This document shows positions 1 to 9,783 of a stretch of 64,000 nt of DNA, piece after piece; position 1 is the stretch's first letter, and every line of letters begins with the position of its first letter. The notes under the pieces were generated by a model that ran no database searches, had not been told where the DNA came from, and saw nothing but the letters and a program-made list of their open reading frames with translations. Source of the stretch: Longimicrobiales bacterium (lineage in GTDB: Bacteria; Gemmatimonadota; Gemmatimonadetes; Longimicrobiales; Gaopeijiaceae); contig JAWLHJ010000003.1 in assembly GCA_041690395.1 (NCBI GenBank), forward strand, positions 352,001-416,000, given 5' to 3'. The position numbers were made by a program, and so were the translations under genes.

Positions 1-621
1 CCCGTCTTCCTCATCGGATTCGCGGGCGTGCTCTTCCCGAGGTCACCGACGTCCCCCGACTTCATCCTCCCGTTCATGATCCTGGAGACGAGCCTGCCGG
101 TCGTCGTGGTCGGCCTCTTCTGCGCGGGGGCGCTGTCGGCGTCGATGTCCACGGGCGACGCACTGCTGCATGCGGCGGCCTCGGTGGTCGTGGAGGACGG
201 CGTGGGGCCGTGGAAGCGACTCAGCGACCACCAGCAGCGCATGCTGATGCGGCTCCTCGTGCTCCTGGTCGGCGCGGTCGCGTACTGGGCCGCCCTGGAT
301 CCGGACTCGTCCCTGGTCCTTCTGCTGGCCACGGCGTACGGGGTGATCGCGCAGTTCGCGCCCACCGCGGTGGCGGCGCTCTACTGGCGGCGGGCCACGA
401 CGCCCGGGGCGTTCGCGGGCCTCGTCGCCGGGACGCTCACGGCCGTGTTCTTCTGGATGAACCCCGAGCTTAAACCCTGGGAGATCCATGAAGGCGTGCT
501 CGGCGTGCTGGTGCACGTGCCGGTGCTCGTCGCCGTGAGCCTGGCCACCGCGCCGCAGGACGATGCGCACCTGAGACGCTTCTTCCCGACTCCCCGGCCA
601 CCGCGGCGGGCCGCCGACTAG
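1..621 (+). CDS. Sodium:solute symporter (SSS) family protein, 5'-truncated by the window
   Basis: Open from base 1. SSS motifs 'GALSASMSTGDALL' and 'ALYWRRATTPGAFAG', with several TM segments. Confidence 0.85.
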   Translation, partial: PVFLIGFAGVLFPRSPTSPDFILPFMILETSLPVVVVGLFCAGALSASMSTGDALLHAAASVVVEDGVGPWKRLSDHQQRMLMRLLVLLVGAVAYWAALDPDSSLVLLLATAYGVIAQFAPTAVAALYWRRATTPGAFAGLVAGTLTAVFFWMNPELKPWEIHEGVLGVLVHVPVLVAVSLATAPQDDAHLRRFFPTPRPPRRAAD

Positions 622-831
622 TACACAGGAACGGACGCTCGATGACGTATAGCTCAAGCGACGGCATCGAGGCGTTGAGGGGTCGCAACGGGCCGTGAGC
701 CGGACTCAGCCGAGCGCCCTCGGGAGATGCTGCAGGGCGACGGTCGCGTTGGCGCGACATTGGGATCGATCGGTGTCGCGCTGCCGCATACATCTGCTGC
801 TGAGAAGCGCGTCGCGGTCCGACGATCGCGT

Positions 832-847
832 TGGCCCGGCTCTTGCG
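832..847 (+). promoter_or_regulatory. sigma-54 -24/-12-like promoter
   Basis: TGGCCCGGCTCTTGCG (GG-N10-GC), upstream of ATG 972. An inverted repeat GCGCGACA (752-759) / TGTCGCGC (774-781) lies further upstream. Confidence 0.6.
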
Positions 848-971
848 ATTCCAAGCAGAAACCGAGCCGATCGACCGTTGCCGCGTTCCGGCGACGCCGT
901 GGACACACGTCGGGCAGTTCCTGGGCGAGAACGCCCGAACCAGAGAGGTGACGAGAGTGAGGAACGAGACC

Positions 972-1733
972 ATGCGATCCGCAGCGCATCCGCTGCGTCA
1001 CGCTCAGACGTTCATGCTCCAGAACCTTCGCCGTGCGGCCCACTCCTTCATGGGTGGACCGCTCCGGCAGGCGAGCTTGCGCCGCTCCCTCCTCCGTGCC
1101 GTCGCTGACCCCTCGCGACCGTTGCGTGTGGTCATCGGCGGGGGGTTCAAGCTAGCGCCCCGCGGGTGGCATTTGACGGATGAGCAGATTCTCGACATCA
1201 CACGGCCCGACGCATGGAAGGCGCTGTTCGGAGAACGCTCCCTGGACGCACTCCTGGCCGAGCATGTCTGGGAGCACCTTCCTCCGGATCTCGGGCTGGA
1301 GGCGGCCCGACAATGCCGACGCTTCCTGAAGAAGGGGGGGACCCTGCGCATCGCCGTGCCCGACGGATTGCATCCCCACGACGCATACCGTCAGCACGTC
1401 CGCCCCGGTGGCGTCGGCCCGGGAGCCGCCGACCACAAGGTGCTCCTGACGCACGTGTCGCTGTCCGCCCTTCTGGAGGAAGCAGGCTTCGTCGCCGTTC
1501 CGCTCGAGTATTGGGACGAAGAGGGCCGCTTCCACCACGAGAGTTGGACCGCGGCCGAAGGCGGTGCTATTCGCCGTCGGCCACGCTTTCCGCCGGAAGC
1601 CGGACGCTTCGTGAGGGGACCGGAGTATGCTCAGTTCAACGACGAGAGCATCACTCCCAAACGTCGCCTGACCAGCGCCGTCTGGCCCTACAATTATACC
1701 TCTCTCATCGTGGATGCTCGTAAGGAGGCGTGA
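972..1733 (+). CDS. Class I SAM-dependent methyltransferase-like protein
   Basis: 'LDALLAEHVWEHL...RFLKKGGTLRIAVPD' methyltransferase motifs. Start set at ATG 972, after a purine-rich RBS and downstream of the promoter motif. Confidence 0.7.
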   Translation: MRSAAHPLRHAQTFMLQNLRRAAHSFMGGPLRQASLRRSLLRAVADPSRPLRVVIGGGFKLAPRGWHLTDEQILDITRPDAWKALFGERSLDALLAEHVWEHLPPDLGLEAARQCRRFLKKGGTLRIAVPDGLHPHDAYRQHVRPGGVGPGAADHKVLLTHVSLSALLEEAGFVAVPLEYWDEEGRFHHESWTAAEGGAIRRRPRFPPEAGRFVRGPEYAQFNDESITPKRRLTSAVWPYNYTSLIVDARKEA

Positions 1734-1835
1734 ACGCCGAGGAGGCGGGCCGCTACAGCGAGACCGTGAGGACGTGGACGGCGAGGTGGTGAGCGTCGAG
1801 CGACCGCCGGGACGGTCATGAGCCCGCACCATGGG

Positions 1836-2096
1836 TCAGCCCGGCAGGCCGTGTGCGTCGTATCCGAGGATCTCCTCGGGGGTGCGCGCATCCCGGTCGG
1901 GCAATGCCGCGACGAGGCGCTGAACCTCTGCGACCTCCGCGAGCAGCAGCGTCTCATCCTCGATCTCGTGCCGGGCTTCGGCCCGAACCTGAGGTCGGAG
2001 AGCGTCCGTCACGGCGTCCGTGAGTGTTCTGCCCGAGGCATCGGCCAGGGCTTTGGCGAGGCGATGTGCCTCTTCATTCTAATTATTGAGTGCCAC
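1836..2096 (-). pseudogene. Rv0623-like (VapB-type) antitoxin pseudogene with an in-frame TAG at codon 6
   Basis: Not in the ORF track. AAGGAGG RBS, then GTG: MALNN*NEEAHRLAKALADASGRTLTDAVTDALR...LVAALPDRDARTPEEILGYDAHGLPG. This matches the 'MALNIK...EILGYD..GLP' family pattern. Confidence 0.8.
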
Positions 2097-2118
2097 GCAT
2101 CCTCCTTGGTAGAAACGA

Positions 2119-3315
2119 TCAGGCGTGGTGCTCCTTCGCCACCGCGTCCGCGCCCGCCTCCGACAGGAATCCGGCCTGCACCGCATGATCGGCCATGGTC
2201 CTGGTGTCGTCCGTCAGAATGAGCGCGCTACCGGCCTCTACAAGCTCCCTGGCCAGGTCGCCGATCTCGTTCGCCCGTTTCGTCGACCGGGTCACGTCCC
2301 GGATGTAGACGGCCGCGATGCGGCCCGGGTGCTCACGCACGATCCGGGCATAGACCTCGGGGTCGTGCTGTCCGCTGTCCCCGATGAGGAGCACGGGCAG
2401 GTCCCGGTAGCGGTCCAACATCCCTTCGATGAGATCGCGCTTGTGGTCCTCCGCCCGGCGGGGGAGCGGTCGTTGCAGAGTGAGTCCCCATTCCCGGAGG
2501 AAGAGGACCGGCCCCTCGGGGATCTCCTGGAGACGGAAGAACGTCTCGAGCACCTCGTAGATGCTCCAGGGCGCGCGGGACACGTAGAGCATCGGGTTGA
2601 ACTGCCGGCCGGCCGGACCCTCGTGGAGTCCCCGGTAGAGGGCCGCCACGCCGGGAAAGGCCACGCGGCTCTCCGCGGGCTGGACGAAGAGGCGCCAGAG
2701 CATCTTCAGCTTGTTGGCCACGCCCGTGTGCATGACGGTGTCGTCGATATCGCTGATGACCAGCAGCCGAGCCGCCGGTGGCGGAACGTAGACCATCCCC
2801 TCCGCTGTGGCGGTCTCCCCCCGCCGGCTCGCCTCGAGGTGCACACGGTGCCACCGCTCGTCGGTCTCGAGCCTCTCTTCCGGCCGCAACTCGATGTGGA
2901 AATAGCCATCGCGGTCGGTCGTGAATGAGCGCTCCGCACCCGCCAGACGGGCGGAGACCGTGACGTCGCCCAGCCCGAATCGCGCGAGCCGGCGGAAGAG
3001 ATCGGAGATCTCACGGAATACCGATCCCGGAGCGAGGCCCTCCCCGAAACGCGGCTGCCGGAACACCCGACCCACGAGATAGACCATCTCCGGCGTCCCG
3101 TACCCCCGGTACGGCTGGATCACCACGCCCTTCAGCCCGCGGTCGCGGCGCACGGGCCGGCTGATCACGCGCATCGCGCGCCGGAGCCCGTGGAAGATCC
3201 TCCTGAGGAAGTCGGACACGTGCTCTCCTCGCGGGCGGGCCGGCTCGGGTGGTCGGCTGGCAGTCGGGCGCGGGGTCCGGGCCGCGTCGCGACCCGGACC
3301 CACGCGCTCCGCCAC
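2119..3315 (-). CDS. App1 family phosphatidate phosphatase (DUF2183)
   Basis: 'ISDIDDT', 'YVSRAPW' and 'LIGDSGQHDPEVY' motifs. Alternative GTG start at 3219 with an RBS. Confidence 0.85.
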   Translation of the reverse strand: MAERVGPGRDAARTPRPTASRPPEPARPRGEHVSDFLRRIFHGLRRAMRVISRPVRRDRGLKGVVIQPYRGYGTPEMVYLVGRVFRQPRFGEGLAPGSVFREISDLFRRLARFGLGDVTVSARLAGAERSFTTDRDGYFHIELRPEERLETDERWHRVHLEASRRGETATAEGMVYVPPPAARLLVISDIDDTVMHTGVANKLKMLWRLFVQPAESRVAFPGVAALYRGLHEGPAGRQFNPMLYVSRAPWSIYEVLETFFRLQEIPEGPVLFLREWGLTLQRPLPRRAEDHKRDLIEGMLDRYRDLPVLLIGDSGQHDPEVYARIVREHPGRIAAVYIRDVTRSTKRANEIGDLARELVEAGSALILTDDTRTMADHAVQAGFLSEAGADAVAKEHHA

Positions 3316-4310
3316 TACCCCTTCAGCAGCTCCTCGACGACGCTCCGCTCCTCACGCAGCTCCTCGATGGACGCGTCGATGCGCGTCCGCGCGAAGTCGG
3401 AAAGCTCGAGCCCCTGCACGATCTCGTAATTCCCCTTGCCGTCCGTGCGGACGGGGAAGCTCGAGACGAGTCCCTTCTCGATGCCGTACGAACCGTCGGA
3501 CGGGACCGCCATCGACACCCAATCCCCCTGGGGCGTGGGCGTGCCCGCCAGCCAGTCGCGGACATGGTCCACGAGGGCGCTCGCGGCGGACATCGCCGAC
3601 GACTGGCCGCGCGCCTCGATGATGGCCGCGCCCCGCTTCTGCACGGCCCGGATGAAGTCGCCCTCGAGCCATTCACGGGCGTCGAGGACCTCTGCCGCCG
3701 GCTTGCCGTCGATGCGCGCGTTCTCGAAGTCCGGATACTGCGTCGCGCTGTGGTTCCCCCAGATGCCCACGTTGGTCACCCGGGACACCCCGACGCCGGC
3801 CCGCTCGGCCAGCTGCGCGGCCGCGCGGTTCTGGTCGAGCCGCGTCATCGCCGTGAAGCGCTCCGCGGGAAGGCCCTTGGCGTTCGAGAGCGCGATGAGC
3901 GCGTTCGTGTTCGCCGGGTTGCCGACCACGGCGACCCGCACCGAGTCGTCCGCGACGTCCGCGAGCGCCTCACCCTGCCCCACGAAGATCGGTCCGTTCT
4001 CGCGAATGAGATCGCCTCGCTCCATCCCCTTGCCCCTGGGCTTGGCCCCGACCAGCAGCGCCACGTGGGCTCCAGCGAAGCCCTTACGCGGATCGTCGGC
4101 GAGCTCGACGTCGCGGAGGAGCGGGAACGCGCAGTCGTCCAGCTCCATGGCGACCCCGCGCAGGGCGTCCATCTGACCCGGAATCTCGACCAGCTGGAGG
4201 ATGACCTCCTGGTCGGCCCCGAGCATGTCCCCGGAAGCGATCCGAGGTAGCAGGGCGTATCCGATCTGGCCCGCGGCCCCGGTGACGGCGACTCGCATCG
4301 GCTCTTTCAA
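3315..4310 (-). CDS. mdh: Malate dehydrogenase
   Basis: '[15 protein letters not shown]', 'VVGNPANTN', 'MTRLDQNRA' and '[12 protein letters not shown]'. Confidence 0.97.
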   Translation of the reverse strand: MKEPMRVAVTGAAGQIGYALLPRIASGDMLGADQEVILQLVEIPGQMDALRGVAMELDDCAFPLLRDVELADDPRKGFAGAHVALLVGAKPRGKGMERGDLIRENGPIFVGQGEALADVADDSVRVAVVGNPANTNALIALSNAKGLPAERFTAMTRLDQNRAAAQLAERAGVGVSRVTNVGIWGNHSATQYPDFENARIDGKPAAEVLDAREWLEGDFIRAVQKRGAAIIEARGQSSAMSAASALVDHVRDWLAGTPTPQGDWVSMAVPSDGSYGIEKGLVSSFPVRTDGKGNYEIVQGLELSDFARTRIDASIEELREERSVVEELLKG

Positions 4311-4416
4311 CGTTGGTGCTCCTGATCTGTGGTTGCGTTGCCCGGACGCGGGCCACGAACGGCGCGCGCCGGATGCTCAGGACACGACCCCCGAGAGGCG
4401 GTAGTGTTTCGTCGAC

Positions 4417-5034
4417 TCAGTCACGGGGATCTTCCCGCAGCGGAATGCTTTGCTCCTGGGACGGACCGATGGTCCCGGGGTCCAAACGAGCCACGGTGCT
4501 CGCCTGGGGCCCCTTGTCTCCTTCGGCCTCGGCGTAACGCACTTCCGCTCCCACATCGAGGTCGTCGTAGTCGACGTCGACCAGCGCCCCTTCCTGAAAG
4601 TAGATGTGACGACCGTCGCGCGATTCCAGGAAGCCATAGCGGACGCCCGTTGGATCCGTGAGCAGCCGTACGACCCGCCCGTGGGGCGGAAGATCGTGCG
4701 ATTTCACCGCACCCTGTTGGCGATCCTTCTCCTTTTGGAGAAGCCTCCGGCCGATCTTGAACGCGTCGCTGATGGTCTGGTCGACGGCCCTGGGCTCGCC
4801 ATCGGTCGGCGCCGTCTCGTCCACGACGACGGTCTTACCGGGAATGCCGATGTCCAGCCTCGCCCGGTAGCTGTTGCCGCTCTGCCGCGACGGCGTGGTG
4901 TCGGATACCATGACGCGGCAGGAGACGAGTCGTGGATAGACCTCCTCGAGGTCGTCGATGCCGGTGAGAATGAGCTCCTTGAGCGTGTCTGCCGGTTCCA
5001 TGCCTCGGAAGGCGATCTCCGGTGGTACATCCAT
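4417..5034 (-). CDS. HPF/RaiA-like domain fused to a cold-shock domain
   Basis: N-terminal 'PPEIAFRGM...SCRVMV' HPF-like domain. C-terminal 'YGFLESRDGRHIYF...GDKGPQASTV' cold-shock domain. Confidence 0.85.
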   Translation of the reverse strand: MDVPPEIAFRGMEPADTLKELILTGIDDLEEVYPRLVSCRVMVSDTTPSRQSGNSYRARLDIGIPGKTVVVDETAPTDGEPRAVDQTISDAFKIGRRLLQKEKDRQQGAVKSHDLPPHGRVVRLLTDPTGVRYGFLESRDGRHIYFQEGALVDVDYDDLDVGAEVRYAEAEGDKGPQASTVARLDPGTIGPSQEQSIPLREDPRD

Positions 5035-5048
5035 GCTGTTCCTCCTCT

Positions 5049-5870
5049 TCATCCAAGCGCTACGTCGAGAATCATCATGACGATGAAACCCCCGAGCGCG
5101 CTCATGGTGGCCAGGTCGGTGTATCCTTCCTGCTGCGATCCCGGGATCAACTCCTCGATGACGACGTAGAGCATGGCGCCCGCGGCGAACGCGAGCGCGT
5201 AGGGCAAGATGGGCTCGATCATGAGCACCGCGGCCGCCCCGACGACCGCCGAGATGGGCTCCACGATGCCCGACAGCTGACCGTACCAGAAGGACCTGCC
5301 ACGTGAGAGCCCTGCCGCTCTCAGGGGCATGGCGACCGCCACGCCCTCGGGGAAGTTCTGGAGCCCGATGCCCAAGGCCAGCGCGATAGCGGCGTTGAAC
5401 TGTGTCGCACCTTCCGCGAGGGCGGTCGCCGCGCCCCCGAAGACGACACCGACGGCGAGGCCTTCCGGAATGTTGTGCAGGGTGATCGCGAGGACCAGCA
5501 GGGTGGAGCGGCGTAGCTCCGTCTTCGGGCCCTCGCTGTCCTCGATCGGCCTACCGGGATGCAAGTGGGGGACGAATCGGTCCGCGATGCGAAGGAACAC
5601 GCCCCCCATCACGATCCCGATGGCAGCCGGGACCCAGCCGGGAAGTCCCCCTTGTGCCTCCGCGATCTCGATGGCCGGGACGAGCAGCGACCAGAAGCTC
5701 GCGGCGATCATGACGCCGGCCGCGAAGCCGAGCATGGCGGTGAGCAGCGCCCGGTTCACGGTACGCGTGAACAGACACACCGTGGCTCCCAGGGCAGTCA
5801 CGCCCCAGGTGAACAGCCCCGCCAACCCCGCCTGGTAGACCGGGTCGAGGCTCTGGAGCCACGCCGTCAT
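5049..5870 (-). CDS. ZIP family divalent metal transporter (GufA/ZupT-like)
   Basis: '[13 protein letters not shown]', 'QNFPEG' and 'LSGIVEP'. Start at MTAWLQ. Confidence 0.92.
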   Translation of the reverse strand: MTAWLQSLDPVYQAGLAGLFTWGVTALGATVCLFTRTVNRALLTAMLGFAAGVMIAASFWSLLVPAIEIAEAQGGLPGWVPAAIGIVMGGVFLRIADRFVPHLHPGRPIEDSEGPKTELRRSTLLVLAITLHNIPEGLAVGVVFGGAATALAEGATQFNAAIALALGIGLQNFPEGVAVAMPLRAAGLSRGRSFWYGQLSGIVEPISAVVGAAAVLMIEPILPYALAFAAGAMLYVVIEELIPGSQQEGYTDLATMSALGGFIVMMILDVALG

Positions 5871-5872
5871 AC

Positions 5873-6364
5873 CTACTCCTCCAGCACGACCCGTTCCGCG
5901 CCCGCGTCGTCCAGAATCCGGCGCGCCAGATCCGCGAGCTCGTCGCTCCGCACCTCGACCACCGCGCTGCCGCCGTCCAGGTCCACATCGCCGAGCTCGT
6001 CCTTCTTCCTCCAGCGCCCCATCCAGATCACGGCTCCGAGCGGAACGCCACCGACCATCCCGATGAGAGCGCCGCGCAGGACCCACGACAGACCGACCAC
6101 CGACCACAGCTCGGACCAGCCGACGTAGACGCCGATCGCGACGATCGCCGCGGCGAAGCCCAGTCCGGCACCCGCGCCCGCGCCCACCAGGGCTCCATGG
6201 AGGACACCCGACTCGTCCTCCACGGGAACGACCCGTTTCGGCTCGCCCTCGGCGTCCATCAGCGTGACGGTAATCTGGTCCGTCGGGACGCTCTTCCCGA
6301 CGAGTCGCTCCACCGCGCGGGTAACCCGCTTCCGGTCGTGGAACACACCGCTCACCTTCATCAT
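5873..6364 (-). CDS. Hypothetical membrane protein, general stress protein-like
   Basis: Ferredoxin-like ends ('VSGVFHD...A', 'VVEVR...[13 protein letters not shown]') around Gly-rich TM helices. Confidence 0.65.
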   Translation of the reverse strand: MMKVSGVFHDRKRVTRAVERLVGKSVPTDQITVTLMDAEGEPKRVVPVEDESGVLHGALVGAGAGAGLGFAAAIVAIGVYVGWSELWSVVGLSWVLRGALIGMVGGVPLGAVIWMGRWRKKDELGDVDLDGGSAVVEVRSDELADLARRILDDAGAERVVLEE

Positions 6365-6409
6365 GGTCGTCACCCCGTCTCTGTCATGAGTGCCCCGGAA
6401 GAATAGCAT

Positions 6410-6425
6410 CGCAACAACCACGCCA
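6410..6425 (-). promoter_or_regulatory. sigma-54 -24/-12-like promoter
   Basis: TGGCGTGGTTGTTGCG on the minus strand, about 45 nt upstream of ATG 6364. Confidence 0.6.
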
Positions 6426-6440
6426 ACGCTGGCTCGCCCC

Positions 6441-6887
6441 TCAGGCGGTCTCCTCTTGCCGTGCGTCATCGGTCTTCAAACGCGCGACGTAGCGTAGGGT
6501 CACGAAATTGATGAGCGACGCCACGATCGCGACCTCGTAACGCCGGAAAGCGACCGCCACTCCGATGAGCCCGGTGTTCCAGATGCTGGCCGCGGTAGCC
6601 GTGCCCATGACGCTCCCCTTGCTCTTGAGGATGGCACCTCCGCCGATGAAGCCGATGCCCGTGATGAGGCCCTGGAGCACGCGAGCCTCCGCGTCCGTCG
6701 TGTCGAGGACGGAGATCCCGACCAGCGTATAGCCGCAAGCCGCGACCGCCACGAGCGGGAAGGTCCGCAGTCCCGCGCTACGGCTCTCGAGCTCACGGTC
6801 CCACGCCACGGGCAGGGTCAGGACCCATGCGATCAGCAGTTGGACGAGCTGGACCCACGCCTGCGCCCAAGAGATGCCGATATCCAT
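6441..6887 (-). CDS. MgtC/SapB family protein
   Basis: 'SAGLRTFPLV' and 'GLITGIGFIGGGAIL...GTATAASIW'. Confidence 0.9.
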   Translation of the reverse strand: MDIGISWAQAWVQLVQLLIAWVLTLPVAWDRELESRSAGLRTFPLVAVAACGYTLVGISVLDTTDAEARVLQGLITGIGFIGGGAILKSKGSVMGTATAASIWNTGLIGVAVAFRRYEVAIVASLINFVTLRYVARLKTDDARQEETA

Positions 6888-6897
6888 CAGCCGCCCC

Positions 6898-7347
6898 TCA
6901 CTCGAAGATGTAGGCGATCACCTCGGCCGCCTGATCGAGCGTCTCGACCGTGACGGCGGCGAACGCGTCGAGATCCTTCAGGGCATGCGTGTGCTCTGCG
7001 TCGCGCACGAGGATCACCGGGATGTCGGCAGCGGCCGCAGCGCCGGCGTCGGCCGCGGTGTTCCACTGCTTGTACTTGGGTCCGAAATACGCCACGCACA
7101 GGTCGGCCCGGGCCATCTGGACCCGACGGCGGAGGTTGTTGACCTGCCCGCCGACGAGATCACGGTACCGAGCACTCGGCTGTTCGCCGAGCACGTCCTC
7201 TCCGACATCATCACTCCGGTCGTGCACCTCCTGCGGGCCGACCCAGCTGATCTCGGCGTCCAGATGTTTCGCCCCCACAAGCCGGCGCAGTTCCTCCCGC
7301 CACGGGGCGTGGATCTCTCCGGCGAGATAGATCGTCAGGTCGTTCAT
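6898..7347 (-). CDS. YtoQ family protein (nucleoside 2-deoxyribosyltransferase-like fold)
   Basis: 'IYLAGEIH..WRE', 'FGPKYKQWNTAADAG' and 'HALKD'. GGAGG RBS before ATG 7347. Confidence 0.85.
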   Translation of the reverse strand: MNDLTIYLAGEIHAPWREELRRLVGAKHLDAEISWVGPQEVHDRSDDVGEDVLGEQPSARYRDLVGGQVNNLRRRVQMARADLCVAYFGPKYKQWNTAADAGAAAAADIPVILVRDAEHTHALKDLDAFAAVTVETLDQAAEVIAYIFE

Positions 7348-7576
7348 GGATGCCTCCTGTCTGGTCTCCAACGGTCCGAATGACGAAAGGACGGATGACG
7401 AGGCGACGCAAGCCGCATGGGTCATGGCGTGGTAGTTTCCCTTCGACCGTTCCGACCTGTCCGCCCGCATCGCCCGGGAGCGTTCCCATGGTCCAGCATC
7501 TCAGCGGCTCGCCATCCACCCTCCCCCGGCCAGCAGCCATCACGGGCTCCGCCCCACTCGCACCGGAGGGCGCCTG

Positions 7577-7924
7577 ATGGCCTGGGTGGAGCCGATCGCC
7601 CATGTGCTCGAGGGCGCAGGCGTGGTGATCATCGTCATCGGCGCCATCGTGTCGATGGGGATCTTCGCCGTCGCGGCGATCCGTGAGCAGCAGTTCGAGC
7701 TGATATTCAACCGGTTCCGGGCGAATCTAGGACGGGCCATCCTCCTCGGGTTGGAGTTCCTGATCGCCGGCGACATCATCGCGACCATACTGGTCGAGCC
7801 GACTCTGGAAAGCGTCGGTTCACTCGGACTCATCGTCCTCATCCGGACCTTCCTCAGCTTCTCGCTCGAGGCGGAGATCGAGGGCCAGCTCCCCTGGCGG
7901 CGGCACGAGAAGCGCACGTCCTGA
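7577..7924 (+). CDS. DUF1622 membrane protein
   Basis: 'LGRAILLGLEFLIAGDII.T' and 'IRTFLSFSLE.EIEG.LPW'. Confidence 0.88.
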   Translation: MAWVEPIAHVLEGAGVVIIVIGAIVSMGIFAVAAIREQQFELIFNRFRANLGRAILLGLEFLIAGDIIATILVEPTLESVGSLGLIVLIRTFLSFSLEAEIEGQLPWRRHEKRTS

Positions 7925-7935
7925 CCCGGTGACGG

Positions 7936-9783
7936 TCAGGAGAGGAGCACGGCGAGCCCCACGACGAGCATCACGACCACGCAGGCCACGACCCGCCCGC
8001 CGGCCAGCAGCAGGTCCCGGTCGGCGAGCCGGGAGGCTCCGGTGCGGGCCAGCCTCCATCCCCGCTTCAACGCTTGCGCCCGGAGATCCCGGTGCACGTA
8101 CCAGGCTTCGTCCCGAAGTTTCGCGATTCGCCGGACCAGCGTCTCGAAGGGAAGGAGCAAGTCCCCCGCCGGGACGCGGAGCTTCTGAAGGCCCAGCAGC
8201 AGGGTCGGCCGTCGCGCGACGAGCCAGGCGAGTATGATGCCCACCAGCACGGTTCCGGCAGCCGTGCTCCAAGAAGCGAGAGGGCCGGACGGCCCCGCTC
8301 CGCCGACGTCTGGAACCACCTGGGGCAGCCACCAGGGCCCGGCCAGGCAGACCAGAAGGAGCAGCGCCCAGGGCGCGACCAGCGCGGCGGTCGCTCGAGG
8401 CGTCGGCGCCGCGCCTTCCGGGGCGTCCGGCACTCGCGCGTCTCGACGCTCCATGCGGCGCATCAGCAGGAGCAGGAAGCGAGCCAGCAGGAGCGTCGTT
8501 CCGACCCCTGCCGACGTCAGTACGACCCCCAGCGTGTCGTTCAGGCCGGGCGCGAGCTCGTAAATCGCGTCTTTCAGCGTGGCCTTGGACATCGACCCGG
8601 TCGACCCCGGCGCACCGCTCAGCGCGAGCGCCGGAAGCGCCGCCCCCGCCAGCACCCACGGATTCCAGCTCCCAGTAGCTCCGCCGGACGTACCGTCCGC
8701 CGAGGACCGGTCCACCGGCAACGGTATCCGATCCGCCACACCCACCGACAGGAAGAGCGCCCCCTTGGCCACGGCATGGTGGAGCGCGTACACCACCACC
8801 GCCAGGATCGCGACCGGCACGGCCGCGCCGCCCCGCGCCGCGAGCCCCACACCAAGGGTCATGAAGCCCATCTGGCTCACGCTCGAATAGGCCAGCACGG
8901 TCTTGGGGTCGTCCTGGGCGAGCCCCACCGCGACCCCGTAGAGCGTCGTGAAAGCTCCCAAGGCGATGAGCGCGCCACCGACGGTGGGAAGCGCCGCCTC
9001 GGGCGGCAAGTAGCGGATCCACGCGAGGAGCCCACCCTTGATCATCGCCCCGCTGAGCAGCGCGCTCGCCGCGGTCGGGGCCACGGGGTGCGCGAGGGGC
9101 AGCCACAGGTGGAGGGGCACGAGCCCGGCCTTGATGCCGAATCCGACGACGACCAGCGCCGCGAGGCCCTCAGCATGCCCCGCCTCGGAGACGACGCTCC
9201 AGGCCCGCGCCATGCCGGTGCCGAAGCCCGGCGCTCCGTCCGCCGCCGCGCCCAACATGAACAGCGCCGCCAGCACCGCGATCTCGCCCAGCACCGCCAT
9301 GACGATATAGACCCGCCCCGCCCGGAAGGCCTCTTCGTCCGCGCGGTGCACGATGAGGCCGTAGGCGGCGAAGGTCATCACCGCGAAGAACAGGTAGAAC
9401 GAGAGCCCGTCGGCCGCCACGACGAGACCCAGATTGCCCGCCATGGTCGCCACGAAGAAGCCGAGGAAGCGACTCTTCTTCGGATCGTCCCGATGGTAAC
9501 GTGCCGCGAACGCGCCGACCACGAGCCAGAGCAAGGCGGTCACCACGAGGAACGCGCGCGCCACGCCGTCCACTTCGAAGCGGAGCCCGGTCATGACGCC
9601 GAAGGTGGCCCACGACGCCCCCTCGGCGGTGGGAAGGAGCGCGAGGACGAGGGCCGGTAGCGCCGCCCAGGGCGCCACGCGCTCGAGCAGCGGACGCAGG
9701 CGCGCGACGGGCCAGGACATCGCGACGGCGGCGGGAAGCCCCGGAGTCAGAATCAGGAGCAGATCGGCGAAGTCCAGGCTCAC
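7936..9783 (-). CDS. Proton-conducting membrane subunit, MrpD/A-like (third copy)
   Basis: 'GFGIKAGLVPLHLWLPLAHPVAPTAASALLSG' and 'LAYSSVSQMG'. GTG overlaps the upstream stop (GTGA). Confidence 0.88.
   Translation of the reverse strand: MSLDFADLLLILTPGLPAAVAMSWPVARLRPLLERVAPWAALPALVLALLPTAEGASWATFGVMTGLRFEVDGVARAFLVVTALLWLVVGAFAARYHRDDPKKSRFLGFFVATMAGNLGLVVAADGLSFYLFFAVMTFAAYGLIVHRADEEAFRAGRVYIVMAVLGEIAVLAALFMLGAAADGAPGFGTGMARAWSVVSEAGHAEGLAALVVVGFGIKAGLVPLHLWLPLAHPVAPTAASALLSGAMIKGGLLAWIRYLPPEAALPTVGGALIALGAFTTLYGVAVGLAQDDPKTVLAYSSVSQMGFMTLGVGLAARGGAAVPVAILAVVVYALHHAVAKGALFLSVGVADRIPLPVDRSSADGTSGGATGSWNPWVLAGAALPALALSGAPGSTGSMSKATLKDAIYELAPGLNDTLGVVLTSAGVGTTLLLARFLLLLMRRMERRDARVPDAPEGAAPTPRATAALVAPWALLLLVCLAGPWWLPQVVPDVGGAGPSGPLASWSTAAGTVLVGIILAWLVARRPTLLLGLQKLRVPAGDLLLPFETLVRRIAKLRDEAWYVHRDLRAQALKRGWRLARTGASRLADRDLLLAGGRVVACVVVMLVVGLAVLLS

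Noticed and set aside
2079..2081. Programmed amber read-through or pyrrolysine in the antitoxin
   Set aside because: TAG is used as a normal stop elsewhere in the window, no pyl genes are seen, and the neighbouring codon is also altered.
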